Source: Desulfosudaceae bacterium
Lineage (GTDB): Bacteria; Desulfobacterota; Desulfobacteria; Desulfobacterales; Desulfosudaceae
NCBI GenBank assembly: GCA_963674745.2
Contig: CAXXDV010000003.1
Location: forward strand, 64,001-128,000
Length of the DNA stretch: 64,000 nt
Direction of reading: 5' to 3'
Position numbers and translations under genes: made by a program. Below the pieces are notes generated by a model. That model saw only the letters and a list, made by a program, of their open reading frames with translations, searched no databases and was not told the DNA's origin. Numbering within the stretch: the stretch's first letter is position 1; each line of letters starts with the position of its first letter. This document shows, piece by piece, positions 1-9,343 of this stretch.

Positions 1-1
1 G

Positions 2-763
2 TTTCAAGAGGCCTGTCAAAGACTGCGATGCGGTAATGGCCGGTCCGGCCAGGATGCCCCGCCGGAAGAGGACCGCGCCCTGCGACTTCTGAAGAAGGTC
101 CTTTGCCTGGCGGCCAGTCCGAATGAGAACGAAGCCCAGTCGGCGGTTCAGAAAGCCCATGAACTCATGCTCAAGTATAATCTTGACCGGGTGGCCCTGG
201 ATCGTGACCGTGACTTTTCCTGCCTGACACTGGGCGCCATAAAGGCCCGGCACACGGCTGCGGAGTTGAGAATGGCCTCTCTGCTGGGGCGGTTTTTTTT
301 CGTGGAAGTATTGTGGCAGTACTCATATGATGCCGGGCGTGACAAAACAGGTACGATCCTGACTGTTTACGGGACACCTCACAATCTTGAGATGGCGCAT
401 TATGTGTATGATTACCTGTGGACGGTGATGGGTTCCCTGTGGAAAGAGTACAAAAAAGCCCGGAAGATTTCAGGCAACCGTCAGCGGCAAAAATACTTTG
501 CCGGTGTGCTTGACGGTTTTTACAAAAAACTGGAGTGGCAGGAACGCGTGATTCGGACGACGCAGGCCCTGGTGTGGAAGGGCGACCCCCGCCTGACGAC
601 ATACTTCAGGTATCTGAACCCCAGGATCCGCACCAGTTACGGTGGGCGTCTGAATGCTACGGCCGCTTACCAGGCCGGGGTCAGCGATGGGCGAAACGTG
701 ACCCTCCACAGGCCGGTCGAGGAGAAACAGTCTTTTCAGGGTAGATACCTTACGCGTGACTGA
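2..763 (+). CDS. DUF2786-domain protein, 5'-truncated by the window edge
   Basis: The frame of ORF 167..763 stays open back to position 2 and reads LKKVLCLAASPNENEAQSAVQKAHELMLKYNL, the DUF2786 helical motif. Confidence 0.75.
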   Translation, partial: FQEACQRLRCGNGRSGQDAPPEEDRALRLLKKVLCLAASPNENEAQSAVQKAHELMLKYNLDRVALDRDRDFSCLTLGAIKARHTAAELRMASLLGRFFFVEVLWQYSYDAGRDKTGTILTVYGTPHNLEMAHYVYDYLWTVMGSLWKEYKKARKISGNRQRQKYFAGVLDGFYKKLEWQERVIRTTQALVWKGDPRLTTYFRYLNPRIRTSYGGRLNATAAYQAGVSDGRNVTLHRPVEEKQSFQGRYLTRD

Positions 764-927
764 TGTCTTGTGCACGGCCGTATGGACACAGAAAAAAGGT
801 TTAATTTCCGGAAGATTAATATATATAGGGAAATAGCAGGCTGGTCGATTTAAACGCGATGGCAGCGAAATTATAAATATCGGTTGTCATTGTAAATGTT
901 CATTTTTTTCATCCCCCATATCAAGAG

Positions 928-1746
928 GTGAAAGTCATGGAAATTTTTATCGCTAAGGTTCAGGAGCTGGCCCCTTTGTACGGTATGAAATTCCTTGCGG
1001 CGTTGATTATCTTTATCGTCGGGAATTACGTGGCCAAGGGGACACGCTATTTTCTGCGGCGGATGCTCGAGAAGGGAAAGGTCGAGCAGACACTGATCGC
1101 TTTTACGGTTAATGTTACTTATGTGGCTGTAATGGCTTTTGTCGTCATTGCCGCCCTCAGCAAGCTGGGCATTCAAACCGCGTCGTTTATTGCGGTTCTG
1201 GGTGCCGCCGGCCTGGCGGTCGGACTGGCGCTTCAGGGATCCCTGTCCAATTTTGCCGCCGGGGTGCTGATGATTATCTTCAAACCCTTTAAAGTAGGCG
1301 ATTTGATTGAAGCCGGCGGGGAGTCGGGGGTGGTGGAAGAAATCGGCATTTTTGTCACCGAAATCCGTTCACCGGACAATAAAAAAATAATCATTCCCAA
1401 CGCCCAGGTCACCGGCGGCAGTATAATCAACCACACCGCCAAGGATACCCGCCGGGTGGATATGGTGGCCGGGGTAAGTTATAACGACGATCTGGACAAG
1501 GTCCGCGGTGTGCTGGAATCCATTCTGGCTGAAGATGAGCGGATTTTAAAAGACCCGGCGCCGATGATCGTCTTGCTGGAAATGGCCGACAGCAGTGTCA
1601 ATTTCGGTGTCCGGCCCTGGGTGAAGACAAAAGATTACTGGAACGTTTATTTCGATACCCAGGAAAAAATCAAGAAACGTTTTGACAAAGAAGGCATCAG
1701 CATACCTTTTCCGCAGCAGGATGTGCATTTGCACAAGGTCGGGTAA
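928..1746 (+). CDS. mscS: Small-conductance mechanosensitive channel MscS (start may be ATG 937)
   Basis: GAAGLAVGLALQGSLSNFAAG, PFKVGDLIE and IPFPQQDVHL motifs; three N-terminal TM helices. Confidence 0.93.
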   Translation: MKVMEIFIAKVQELAPLYGMKFLAALIIFIVGNYVAKGTRYFLRRMLEKGKVEQTLIAFTVNVTYVAVMAFVVIAALSKLGIQTASFIAVLGAAGLAVGLALQGSLSNFAAGVLMIIFKPFKVGDLIEAGGESGVVEEIGIFVTEIRSPDNKKIIIPNAQVTGGSIINHTAKDTRRVDMVAGVSYNDDLDKVRGVLESILAEDERILKDPAPMIVLLEMADSSVNFGVRPWVKTKDYWNVYFDTQEKIKKRFDKEGISIPFPQQDVHLHKVG

Positions 1747-1809
1747 ACCGGACCGGGTAGCCTGATTCAATAAAAAGCGTTATTTATTTTATGAATGGAG
1801 GAATAAACG

Positions 1810-2328
1810 ATGAGAACAAAAGTGATCGTAATGTCGATGGTGATGATAGCGGCTATGGGCACAATGATGCTGTTTGCCGGTACCGTTTGTGCGGAGACAT
1901 CTGAGATGGGTTTAACAGGCGCCATGGGACTGGTCAAAACACTGACCGGTCAGCTCGATGTCACGGAAAAGCAGGCCACCGGTGGCGCGGGTGCGCTTTT
2001 TAACATGGCCAGAGGGCTTCTTCCCGAAACCGAATACGGCCAGGTCGCCGGTGCGATCCCGGGAATCGGTGATCTGATAAAAGCGGCACCAGATATCTCC
2101 AAGGCCTCGGCCCAGGCGTCCGATAAAATTTCCGGGCTGACCCGGGGGTTGGGCGCCGTCACCAGTGCCGTTGACAACGCCCAGAAATATACCGCAGTCT
2201 ATGAACAATTCAAGGCCCTGGGCCTTGATACAGAGATGGTTTCAAAGTTCGTCCCGGTTATTCTTTCGTTTGTCCAGTCAACAGGCGGAGAGGCCGTGGT
2301 GAATATTCTCAAATCCGTCTGGGAATAA
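1810..2328 (+). CDS. Exported DUF2780-family protein
   Basis: Signal peptide; QATGGAGALF and QFKALGLDTEMVSKFVPVIL motifs; GGAGGA RBS. Confidence 0.7.
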   Translation: MRTKVIVMSMVMIAAMGTMMLFAGTVCAETSEMGLTGAMGLVKTLTGQLDVTEKQATGGAGALFNMARGLLPETEYGQVAGAIPGIGDLIKAAPDISKASAQASDKISGLTRGLGAVTSAVDNAQKYTAVYEQFKALGLDTEMVSKFVPVILSFVQSTGGEAVVNILKSVWE

Positions 2329-2570
2329 CGGTCGATGTAAAATCCTGTGAACTGGGATTTGTAAAAACGGATGTCCCGAAGACGGCATAAAAATCAGTGT
2401 ACAACAAGATGTTAAGCTGAAAAGTCCTATTTTGTGTAGATTTACGGTGGTTCGCCCGTGTCGATCAGCTGCTGGTTGGGATTTCCCAAAGTTAATAAAA
2501 ACAAAATGAAAACGATAGAAATGATTGACATCGGATGAAAAATATGCTTAAATAATAGTAAATAAATCAG

Positions 2571-2659
2571 AAATTCATGCCAAGGCCAAACTCCGGGTGA
2601 CCTGAGGACGGAAAGCTGCGGGTCTTTCAAAAAGAAAGACAGCCGGGCTGCCATGATTT
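2571..2659 (+). ncRNA. Cyclic di-GMP-I (GEMM-I) riboswitch aptamer
   Basis: AAGGCCAAACTC-CG-GGTGACC-TGAG-GACGGAAAGCTGCGGGTCTTT...AAAGACAGCCGGGCTGCCATGA. P2 carries a GNRA (GUGA) tetraloop, the GAC-GG-AAAG junction is present, P3 forms, and P1 is TCATG/CATGA. TTGACA at 2525-2530 is a likely -35. Confidence 0.88.
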
Positions 2660-2671
2660 AAGGAAGTTTTC

Positions 2672-2709
2672 AGCCGGATTATCTTTGGCAAAGATGACCC
2701 GGCTTTTTT
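2672..2709 (+). terminator. Intrinsic terminator forming the riboswitch expression platform
   Basis: AGCCGG-ATTATCTTTG/GCAAAGATGAC-CCGGCT hairpin followed by a T run, 27 nt upstream of the ATG at 2737. Confidence 0.8.
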
Positions 2710-2736
2710 AATTGCCTGCATGGGAGAGGGGGGGCC

Positions 2737-5700
2737 ATGAAACCAAAAAAAACAACTGAGCGAGTGGCGTGTATTGCTTTAGCACTGCTTTTTGTTTGCA
2801 TCCCGGCTTTTGCCACTGTTCATGAAGATTCATCCGGCAATGTCTCTCCGGCCAGGGGAAATGACCTGCTGCAGTTTACGGCTGGAGGTCATGTCCTTGG
2901 CTTTGAGAAAACCGGGGTCTATACGGCCACCGGAACGCATGTGCTGCGGATCAGATTTGGCGGTACGAAAGGTGTTATGCCAGAGGCAGCTGACATCAAC
3001 GGAGAAAAGGGCAATGCAGCGCCCCTCCGGGAAGTTCGGTATCCTGAACTGTGGACGGGAATCACGTTGACATACACCCCTGCCGAGGACAGTATTTTCG
3101 AGAGTATTTATTATGTAGCGCCTCACGGAGATGTGAGTGCTATTCGCCTGATATACAATGTGCCGGTTGAAACAGGGGAAAACGGCGCCTTAACGATGAA
3201 ATTCCAAACCGGGATCATGACCGAATCCGCACCGATTGCCTGGCAGGAGATCGATGGGCAAAAGGTGCCGGTGAAAGTGGCGTTCCGCAAAACAGGTAAG
3301 CATGAAGCCGGTTTTAAGGCAGGTGCGTACAATCCGGACTACCCTTTGATTATCGACCCGGAACTGGCCTGGAACACATTTCATGGGGCGCTTTTCGAAG
3401 ATTATGCCCGTGATATAGCAGTCGACAATGCGGGAAACGTTTATGTGGCCGGTAGGAGCACATATTCGTGGGGTACACCGGTCAGGGCCAAGTCTGACCA
3501 GTATGACGGGTTTGCCGCTAAATTTGACAGCAGCGGCAACCTGGTTTGGAATACTTTTCTGGGGACCATATCCAATGACGCGGCCAGCCACATATTGCTG
3601 GATGATTCAGGAAATATCTATGTATTCGGTTCAAGTGTCTGGTCGTGGGGTACGCCGCTTGCCGAACCGGGAGATGGTAGTGGCGGTGCCTTTCTCGTTA
3701 AACTGGACAATGACGGTAATTTGATCTGGAATACCTTCCTGGTTTGGGGTTCGTTTACTTCCGTCGTAATGGACGGGGCAGGGAATTTTTACGGGACCGG
3801 CTATTCCACTTCGACCTGGGGAACGCCGATCAGCCCCAAAGTGGGAGATGAACACACTTTTAATGCCGTTGTTGCCAAAATGAACAACACCGGATCCGTG
3901 ATTTGGAACACCTTTCTGGGAGGTTCCCTTGTGGGCGCAGAGGGCCATAGCATTGAACTGGACGCTTCCGGAAATATCTATCTGGCCGGCAGAGCCGGAG
4001 AGAACTGGGGAACGCCGATTGTTTCCCATACCGGGCATCCGGGCAACGTTTATTACGCCGATATCTGGGTCGCCAAAATGGACAACAATGGCCAGGTATT
4101 GTGGAACACCTTTATGGGCGCGCTGGGCACTAACGAATGGATTGATTCCCTGTGGTCCCGGGCATTGGCACTTGACGGATCAGGAAACATTTATGTGACT
4201 GCTTACAGTGAAGCCGCCTGGGGGACGCCGCTCAACGCCTTTGCCGGTGGAATTACGGATGCTTTTGTCGCCAGGCTGGACAACAACGGCAACCGGATCT
4301 GGCACACGTTTATGGGGTGTACAGATCAGGATGTGACCAGTGGTATCGCAGTGGATGAATGGGGCGATATATATGTCTGTGGCGAAAGCCTGGCCACCTG
4401 GGGCACACCGATTAATGCTTTTGTCGAAGGCGATGCCGGGCTTACGTATGCGTTTGACGCTTTTGTTGCCAAGCTGAACAGCAGCGGCATTTTGCAATGG
4501 AATACCTTCATGGGGTCATCAAATCGCGACTATAGTGATCATTTGGCGCTGTTTGGATCCGGAAGTGTATATGTAACCGGTCATAGCTATGCCACCTGGG
4601 GGACCCCGGTCAACCCCATTTTTGATAACCCTGATTATTGTGATTTTTTTGTTGCCCGACTGTCCGGCATTGATTTCGGTGATGCCCCGGATACGTATCC
4701 GACCACCCTGGCCGATAACGGCGCCCGCCACGCGATCCAGGACGGTTATTACCTGGGCAACGGTGTGGACGAGGAAGCCGACGGCCAGCCGAACGCGATC
4801 GCCACGGGTGATGATGCTGACGGCGGTGCTGATGAAGACGGGGTCGTTTTTGACAGCCTGCTTCTCGCCGGTCAGAACACGGACCTGACAGTTACGGCCT
4901 CGGACGCCGGGTTTCTGGACGCCTGGATTGATTTCAACAGTGATGGCGACTGGGACGACGCCGGCGAACAGGTATTTACCAGCCAGGCGCTGGCGGCAGG
5001 CGCTAACAGTTTAAGCGTTGCCGTACCGGCCGGTGCGGATACCACTGCCCCGACCTTTGCCCGTTTCCGGTTCGGCTCCGCGGGAGGGCTCTCCTGTGAC
5101 GGTGTGGCCGGTGACGGCGAGGTCGAAGATTATGAGGTGCTCATCCTGGCTGATGCCGATGGTGACGGAGAGCCGGACATAACCGACGGTTGCCCAAACA
5201 ATCCTGCCAAGACAGATCCCGGCGTCTGCGGGTGCGGTATAGCGGACACGGATAGCGACGCGGATGGATCGCCGGACTGTAATGATGGCTGTCCCAATGA
5301 TCCGAACAAGATGTCCTCAGGTGTCTGCGGTTGTGGCATCCCGGATGTGGATGCCAATGCTAACGGCATCATCGACTGCCTGGAAACGCCTGTAGAAATT
5401 TGCGACGGTATTGATAATGACAATGACGGTTTAATAGACGAAGGCTGTTCGATCTGGTATCAGGATAGCGACGGAGACACCTACGGTGATCCGGCCGTGT
5501 CCGTCGTTGACACGGTTCAGCCGGCCGGCTACGTGGTCGACAACACCGATTGTGATGACACCGATGCCGGTATCAATCCCGGCGCCGCAGAGATCTGCGG
5601 CAACGGTATTGACGAGGACTGCTCGGGTGCCGACCTACCCTGTTGCGGCAACGACCTGCCGCCGGTCGCCGATGCCGGTGAGGACCGGCTCGTTCAAGAG

Positions 5701-6828
5701 AATACGGTGGTCACCCTGAATGGTTCGGATTCCTATGACCCGGACGGCAGCATCGTGACCTATGCCTGGACGCAGACCGGCGGACCCGGGGTGACCCTGT
5801 CCGATGCGGCCGCTGCCCAGCCGACATTTAGCGTGCCCGACAATTCGGCGGGACAGTCGCTGACGTTTAAACTGGACGTTACGGATGATTGCGGCGCGAG
5901 CGATATGGACAGGGTCCAGTTGATTGTCGATGAGGAAGCCTGCAACTCGCAGCCGGATCCGCCCGTTCTGGTCTCACCGGAAGACGGTGCTGTCGATGTC
6001 AGTCGCAAGCCGACATTGCAGACAGAACCCTACAGTGAACCCGAACAATGCAGCACCCACTTTAAAACCCGCTGGCAGATCAGCGATCAGGCGGATTTTT
6101 CAGGATTGACCTATAATGCCAACACCTTTTTCCCGAACCTGACTTCCCACCGGGTGACCAAAAAGGTGCTCAAGCCGGACACCACCTACTACTGGCGGGT
6201 CAAGTTCTGGGGTGATCACGGCATAAAATCCGAATGGTCGGAAGTGCACAGCTTTACCACCGCGCCGTGCAACTCGGGATGCAACCAGGGCCGGGTGCCG
6301 GACGGCCAGGACACGGATGTGAACGGCAACGGCATACCGGACTCCCAGGAGCCGAACCTGCGGGCGCTGGTGACCCCGGATGGAACGACCCTTATTGGTG
6401 TTGAATTCTCCGATAATGTTACGTCCATAGATATTGAAACACTGGATGCCGATGAGGTCGGCGATTCGGACAACATGCCCGCCAATCTCATTTACGGGCT
6501 GATCTCGTTCAGGGTAGAGGTGGAAAATCCCGGCGATACCGCCAGCTTTACGGTTTTTCTGGCGGAACCGGCGCCGGTCGACGGGGTCTGGTACAAATAC
6601 GACACGGTCAACGGCTGGTATGACTTTACCGGTCAGGTGACCTTCAGTGCGGACCGCAAATCCCTGACCTTTGAATTGACCGACGGCGGAACCGGAGACG
6701 CCGACGGCGTGGCCAACGCTGTCATCGTTGATCCGGCAGGCCTGGCGGCGGACGCGGAAGAAGCATCTGACTCGTCTGGACACAGCAGCGGCTCGACCTG
6801 CTTTATCGATACCGGTCAAAGAAATTGA
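2737..6828 (+). CDS. Large secreted/surface protein: SBBP beta-propeller repeats, GEVED, thrombospondin-3-like and Cys/Asp repeats, PKD, Fn3-like domain, C-terminal anchor domain with Ser/Gly-CFI tail
   Basis: Signal peptide; seven W(N/H)TF repeats; GEVEDY; two DGCPNxPxKxxxGVCGCG repeats; EICDGIDNDNDG; PVADAGED...TLNGSDSYDPDG; ends SSGSTCFIDTGQRN. Confidence 0.85.
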   Translation: MKPKKTTERVACIALALLFVCIPAFATVHEDSSGNVSPARGNDLLQFTAGGHVLGFEKTGVYTATGTHVLRIRFGGTKGVMPEAADINGEKGNAAPLREVRYPELWTGITLTYTPAEDSIFESIYYVAPHGDVSAIRLIYNVPVETGENGALTMKFQTGIMTESAPIAWQEIDGQKVPVKVAFRKTGKHEAGFKAGAYNPDYPLIIDPELAWNTFHGALFEDYARDIAVDNAGNVYVAGRSTYSWGTPVRAKSDQYDGFAAKFDSSGNLVWNTFLGTISNDAASHILLDDSGNIYVFGSSVWSWGTPLAEPGDGSGGAFLVKLDNDGNLIWNTFLVWGSFTSVVMDGAGNFYGTGYSTSTWGTPISPKVGDEHTFNAVVAKMNNTGSVIWNTFLGGSLVGAEGHSIELDASGNIYLAGRAGENWGTPIVSHTGHPGNVYYADIWVAKMDNNGQVLWNTFMGALGTNEWIDSLWSRALALDGSGNIYVTAYSEAAWGTPLNAFAGGITDAFVARLDNNGNRIWHTFMGCTDQDVTSGIAVDEWGDIYVCGESLATWGTPINAFVEGDAGLTYAFDAFVAKLNSSGILQWNTFMGSSNRDYSDHLALFGSGSVYVTGHSYATWGTPVNPIFDNPDYCDFFVARLSGIDFGDAPDTYPTTLADNGARHAIQDGYYLGNGVDEEADGQPNAIATGDDADGGADEDGVVFDSLLLAGQNTDLTVTASDAGFLDAWIDFNSDGDWDDAGEQVFTSQALAAGANSLSVAVPAGADTTAPTFARFRFGSAGGLSCDGVAGDGEVEDYEVLILADADGDGEPDITDGCPNNPAKTDPGVCGCGIADTDSDADGSPDCNDGCPNDPNKMSSGVCGCGIPDVDANANGIIDCLETPVEICDGIDNDNDGLIDEGCSIWYQDSDGDTYGDPAVSVVDTVQPAGYVVDNTDCDDTDAGINPGAAEICGNGIDEDCSGADLPCCGNDLPPVADAGEDRLVQENTVVTLNGSDSYDPDGSIVTYAWTQTGGPGVTLSDAAAAQPTFSVPDNSAGQSLTFKLDVTDDCGASDMDRVQLIVDEEACNSQPDPPVLVSPEDGAVDVSRKPTLQTEPYSEPEQCSTHFKTRWQISDQADFSGLTYNANTFFPNLTSHRVTKKVLKPDTTYYWRVKFWGDHGIKSEWSEVHSFTTAPCNSGCNQGRVPDGQDTDVNGNGIPDSQEPNLRALVTPDGTTLIGVEFSDNVTSIDIETLDADEVGDSDNMPANLIYGLISFRVEVENPGDTASFTVFLAEPAPVDGVWYKYDTVNGWYDFTGQVTFSADRKSLTFELTDGGTGDADGVANAVIVDPAGLAADAEEASDSSGHSSGSTCFIDTGQRN

Positions 6829-6894
6829 TTGGTGCCCTAACAGGGCATGCCCGGGAACCAAACCGATTAGTAATAGCGCCACCTGTAAGTTTTG

Positions 6895-6926
6895 GTGATT
6901 ATGTGGTTAAGTGCTTATGTGATTAG
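6895..6926. repeat. Tandem 8-bp repeat GTGnTTAn, 4 copies
   Basis: gtgattat gtggttaa gtgcttat gtgattag. Confidence 0.7.
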
Positions 6927-7004
6927 GTCTCAAGTCGTCCGTTTTTTGGGGATCAGCTCAAAAAGTTAAAATTGTTTTGTTGTTTAGAAGCGCAAACATT
7001 ACTG

Positions 7005-7047
7005 AAAAGGGGGCTGACATGCATCAAATGTCGGCCCCCTTTTTTTT
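7005..7047. terminator. Bidirectional intrinsic terminator between convergent genes
   Basis: AAAAGGGGGCTGACAT-gcatcaa-ATGTCGGCCCCCTTTTTTTT. Confidence 0.85.
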
Positions 7048-7081
7048 CTGGCTTTTTTAGACAACCCTGCAATGGTACTTA

Positions 7082-8479
7082 TTATTCGTAGGAAAATATG
7101 ATGGCCGGTTTTATTTTACTGCCGGTGGCATTGGGATATTTTTCATATTTATGGGCCGGCTGCTTGCTTTCCAGCAGGTGTCCGGCTTCTTCCATAAATG
7201 AATTATAGCGTTTTTTACATTCATAGAAACCATGCCACCAGGCGTAATCCGGCGCCATCATGGCCGTACCCATGCGGGCCCGCCGGCCTTCGTGATGCCA
7301 TAGTTCGTAAAACTCGACTTCCAGGGCTTCATCAAAAAACCGGCTTTTATCCAGAAGGTCGTTTTCATAGAGCTTGTCCAGCATGGCCCTGGCCGGGGCA
7401 TAATATACTTCGTTATATTCGGCGATGACCTTGTCCATTTTTTCATAATGGTCGTCCACCCATACGTTCCCGTGGCATTGGATACATACCGCCTTCATTT
7501 TGTCCCTTTCCTGCTGCCAGTTGGTTTTGGCCGGAAAAGCCGCAAAATCCTCGGGGCGGATGGTTTTCGGCGCCTGCAGCTCCCAGGACAGGCGCTCGGT
7601 TACGTCATGACTGGTTTTGACCGTACCGGCGCCGGACATGTGGCAGGAGGCGCAGGTAGGACCCCGGAAGTCCACCCCGGCCGACCATGTGCCGGGGGCG
7701 GCGGTCCAGTTGTAATCGTCGCCGAAAGCGGTGTAAATATCACCGTGTTTGGATTCCATGTAAATTTCAATCTGGGGATGGTCCGGGCCCAGATGACACT
7801 GACCGCAGGCTTCGGGTTTGCGGGCTTCCATAACGGAAAAACGATGGCGGGTATGGCAGCTGGAGCAGCTGCCTTTACTGCCGTCGAGGTTGATGCGGCC
7901 CACACCGACATTGGGCCAGGTTTCGGCGGTCAGCCTGCCCTGGACATCTTTTTCCAGAATCGTGCCGTGACAGTAAAAACACCCCGAGGTGCGTTCGGCT
8001 TCGCTGTTCATGCCGTCATTCAGCCAGGGGTCGATCTTCCAGATGATTTCCAGGGTGTTGGCATGTTTGCTGCGGTGGTATTGTTCGGCTTCATTGGGGT
8101 GACAGCGGGAGCAGTCCTTGGGTGTCACCACTCCGGTGACCGGGACCCGGTAAGCGGCTTTGGCGAAGGGGTCGTCGGCATTTTCATACTGTTTATAGTG
8201 GGCCTGGCTCACGTCCGCGTCATGTTCTTCGGCCCGATGACAGTCGATACAGGTGATATTGGCATTGGCATGACGGCTGTTGGCCCAGTCGGCGAAAATA
8301 CCGGGATGTTCCCGTTTATGGCATTGGATGCAGGCTGCGCCGGCTTCGGAAATACTGCGCTCGATCCGGAACTCTTTTTCTTTGGAAAAATCGGCACCGG
8401 ATTCAGCCGCCGTTATTTCCGGCACAACCGCCAGGATCAGCATACCCGCCAGAAGACTTAATGCGACAAAAGATTTCAT
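7082..8479 (-). CDS. Octaheme HAO-family multiheme cytochrome c (epsilon-Hao-like, probably reductive)
   Basis: Signal peptide; eight CxxCH motifs; CGQCHLGPDHPQIEIYMESKHG and APDYAWWHGFYE signatures. Confidence 0.85.
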   Translation of the reverse strand: MKSFVALSLLAGMLILAVVPEITAAESGADFSKEKEFRIERSISEAGAACIQCHKREHPGIFADWANSRHANANITCIDCHRAEEHDADVSQAHYKQYENADDPFAKAAYRVPVTGVVTPKDCSRCHPNEAEQYHRSKHANTLEIIWKIDPWLNDGMNSEAERTSGCFYCHGTILEKDVQGRLTAETWPNVGVGRINLDGSKGSCSSCHTRHRFSVMEARKPEACGQCHLGPDHPQIEIYMESKHGDIYTAFGDDYNWTAAPGTWSAGVDFRGPTCASCHMSGAGTVKTSHDVTERLSWELQAPKTIRPEDFAAFPAKTNWQQERDKMKAVCIQCHGNVWVDDHYEKMDKVIAEYNEVYYAPARAMLDKLYENDLLDKSRFFDEALEVEFYELWHHEGRRARMGTAMMAPDYAWWHGFYECKKRYNSFMEEAGHLLESKQPAHKYEKYPNATGSKIKPAIIFSYE

Positions 8480-8505
8480 GGCCCCCTCTCCTTGATCTTG
8501 TCTAT

Positions 8506-9051
8506 TTATAAAGGCTCAAACTGTTTATACCGGTAAATGGGTGTTGGGTTATGGACCAGGTCCCGATGACAATCCACGCAGCGTTTTTCCCGGCCCGGCA
8601 GGGCGTAAACCACTTCCCGGTGGGCCAGCATGGCCCCGCGCTTGTCAGGGATATAGAGTATATTGCGATGGCATTTCTGACACTGCTCGTTATCAAACGA
8701 GGCATAGGCTTTTTCCCGGTTTTCCTGATGATCGTATTCGTCTTTCACAAAATGGGCAATCACGTCTTTGAGGCCGTGTATGGTCTTGGTATAAAAGAAA
8801 TTCACTGTATCGTGGGGCGCCGGCAGATGGCAGTCCATACAGTCGGCCACAAATCCCTGGGCATTGTTGACATGGGTGGAGGTGCGCCAGGTATCAACCG
8901 CATACTGGATTTCATGACAGGAGGCGCAGAACTGGGGCGTTGATGTCCGCACCATGGTGTAGTAGGTCATGCTGAACAGCGGAAAGCCGAGCATAATGCC
9001 CAGGCCGATCAGCAAGACAATTTTTAATGTTTTTTTGGAGATGATAATCAT
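8506..9051 (-). CDS. NapC/NirT-family membrane-anchored tetraheme cytochrome c
   Basis: N-terminal TM helix; TSTPQFCASCH and three further CxxCH motifs. Confidence 0.9.
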   Translation of the reverse strand: MIIISKKTLKIVLLIGLGIMLGFPLFSMTYYTMVRTSTPQFCASCHEIQYAVDTWRTSTHVNNAQGFVADCMDCHLPAPHDTVNFFYTKTIHGLKDVIAHFVKDEYDHQENREKAYASFDNEQCQKCHRNILYIPDKRGAMLAHREVVYALPGREKRCVDCHRDLVHNPTPIYRYKQFEPL

Positions 9052-9250
9052 TCAGCCGAAAACAATTACAGTTTAATCAAGCCGATCACCAGAAAGGGAA
9101 AGAATAAATATATATTTAATTTTATGGCAAAATTGACATTTCATGTCAATGGGATTAAACTTTCTGCCATAATCCCTTATTAAATCCAGAGCCTCATAAT
9201 ATAACGCTTTCCACCGGTCAAATAAAAAAAATACGTTTTTTTTTACCGAC

Positions 9251-9264
9251 TTGACTTAAATCAA
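9251..9264. promoter_or_regulatory. Crp/Fnr (HcpR-type) operator upstream of hcp
   Basis: TTGACTTAAATCAA (TTGAy-N4-rTCAA), 80 bp before the hcp ATG. Its exact reverse complement recurs at 11783-11796. Confidence 0.8.
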
Positions 9265-9343
9265 GGAAACAGCACGACCTTTGGCATAGAGTGCTTCTAA
9301 ACGACGGAAAAAAAATATCAATCTATAACAAGGAGGCGCTACC

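Noticed and set aside
7448..8461. 337-aa plus-strand ORF
   Set aside because: Antisense shadow of the octaheme cytochrome gene.
9282..9296. Possible sigma54 promoter TGGCATAGAGTGCTT before hcp
   Set aside because: The GG-to-GC spacing is too short for a -24/-12 element.
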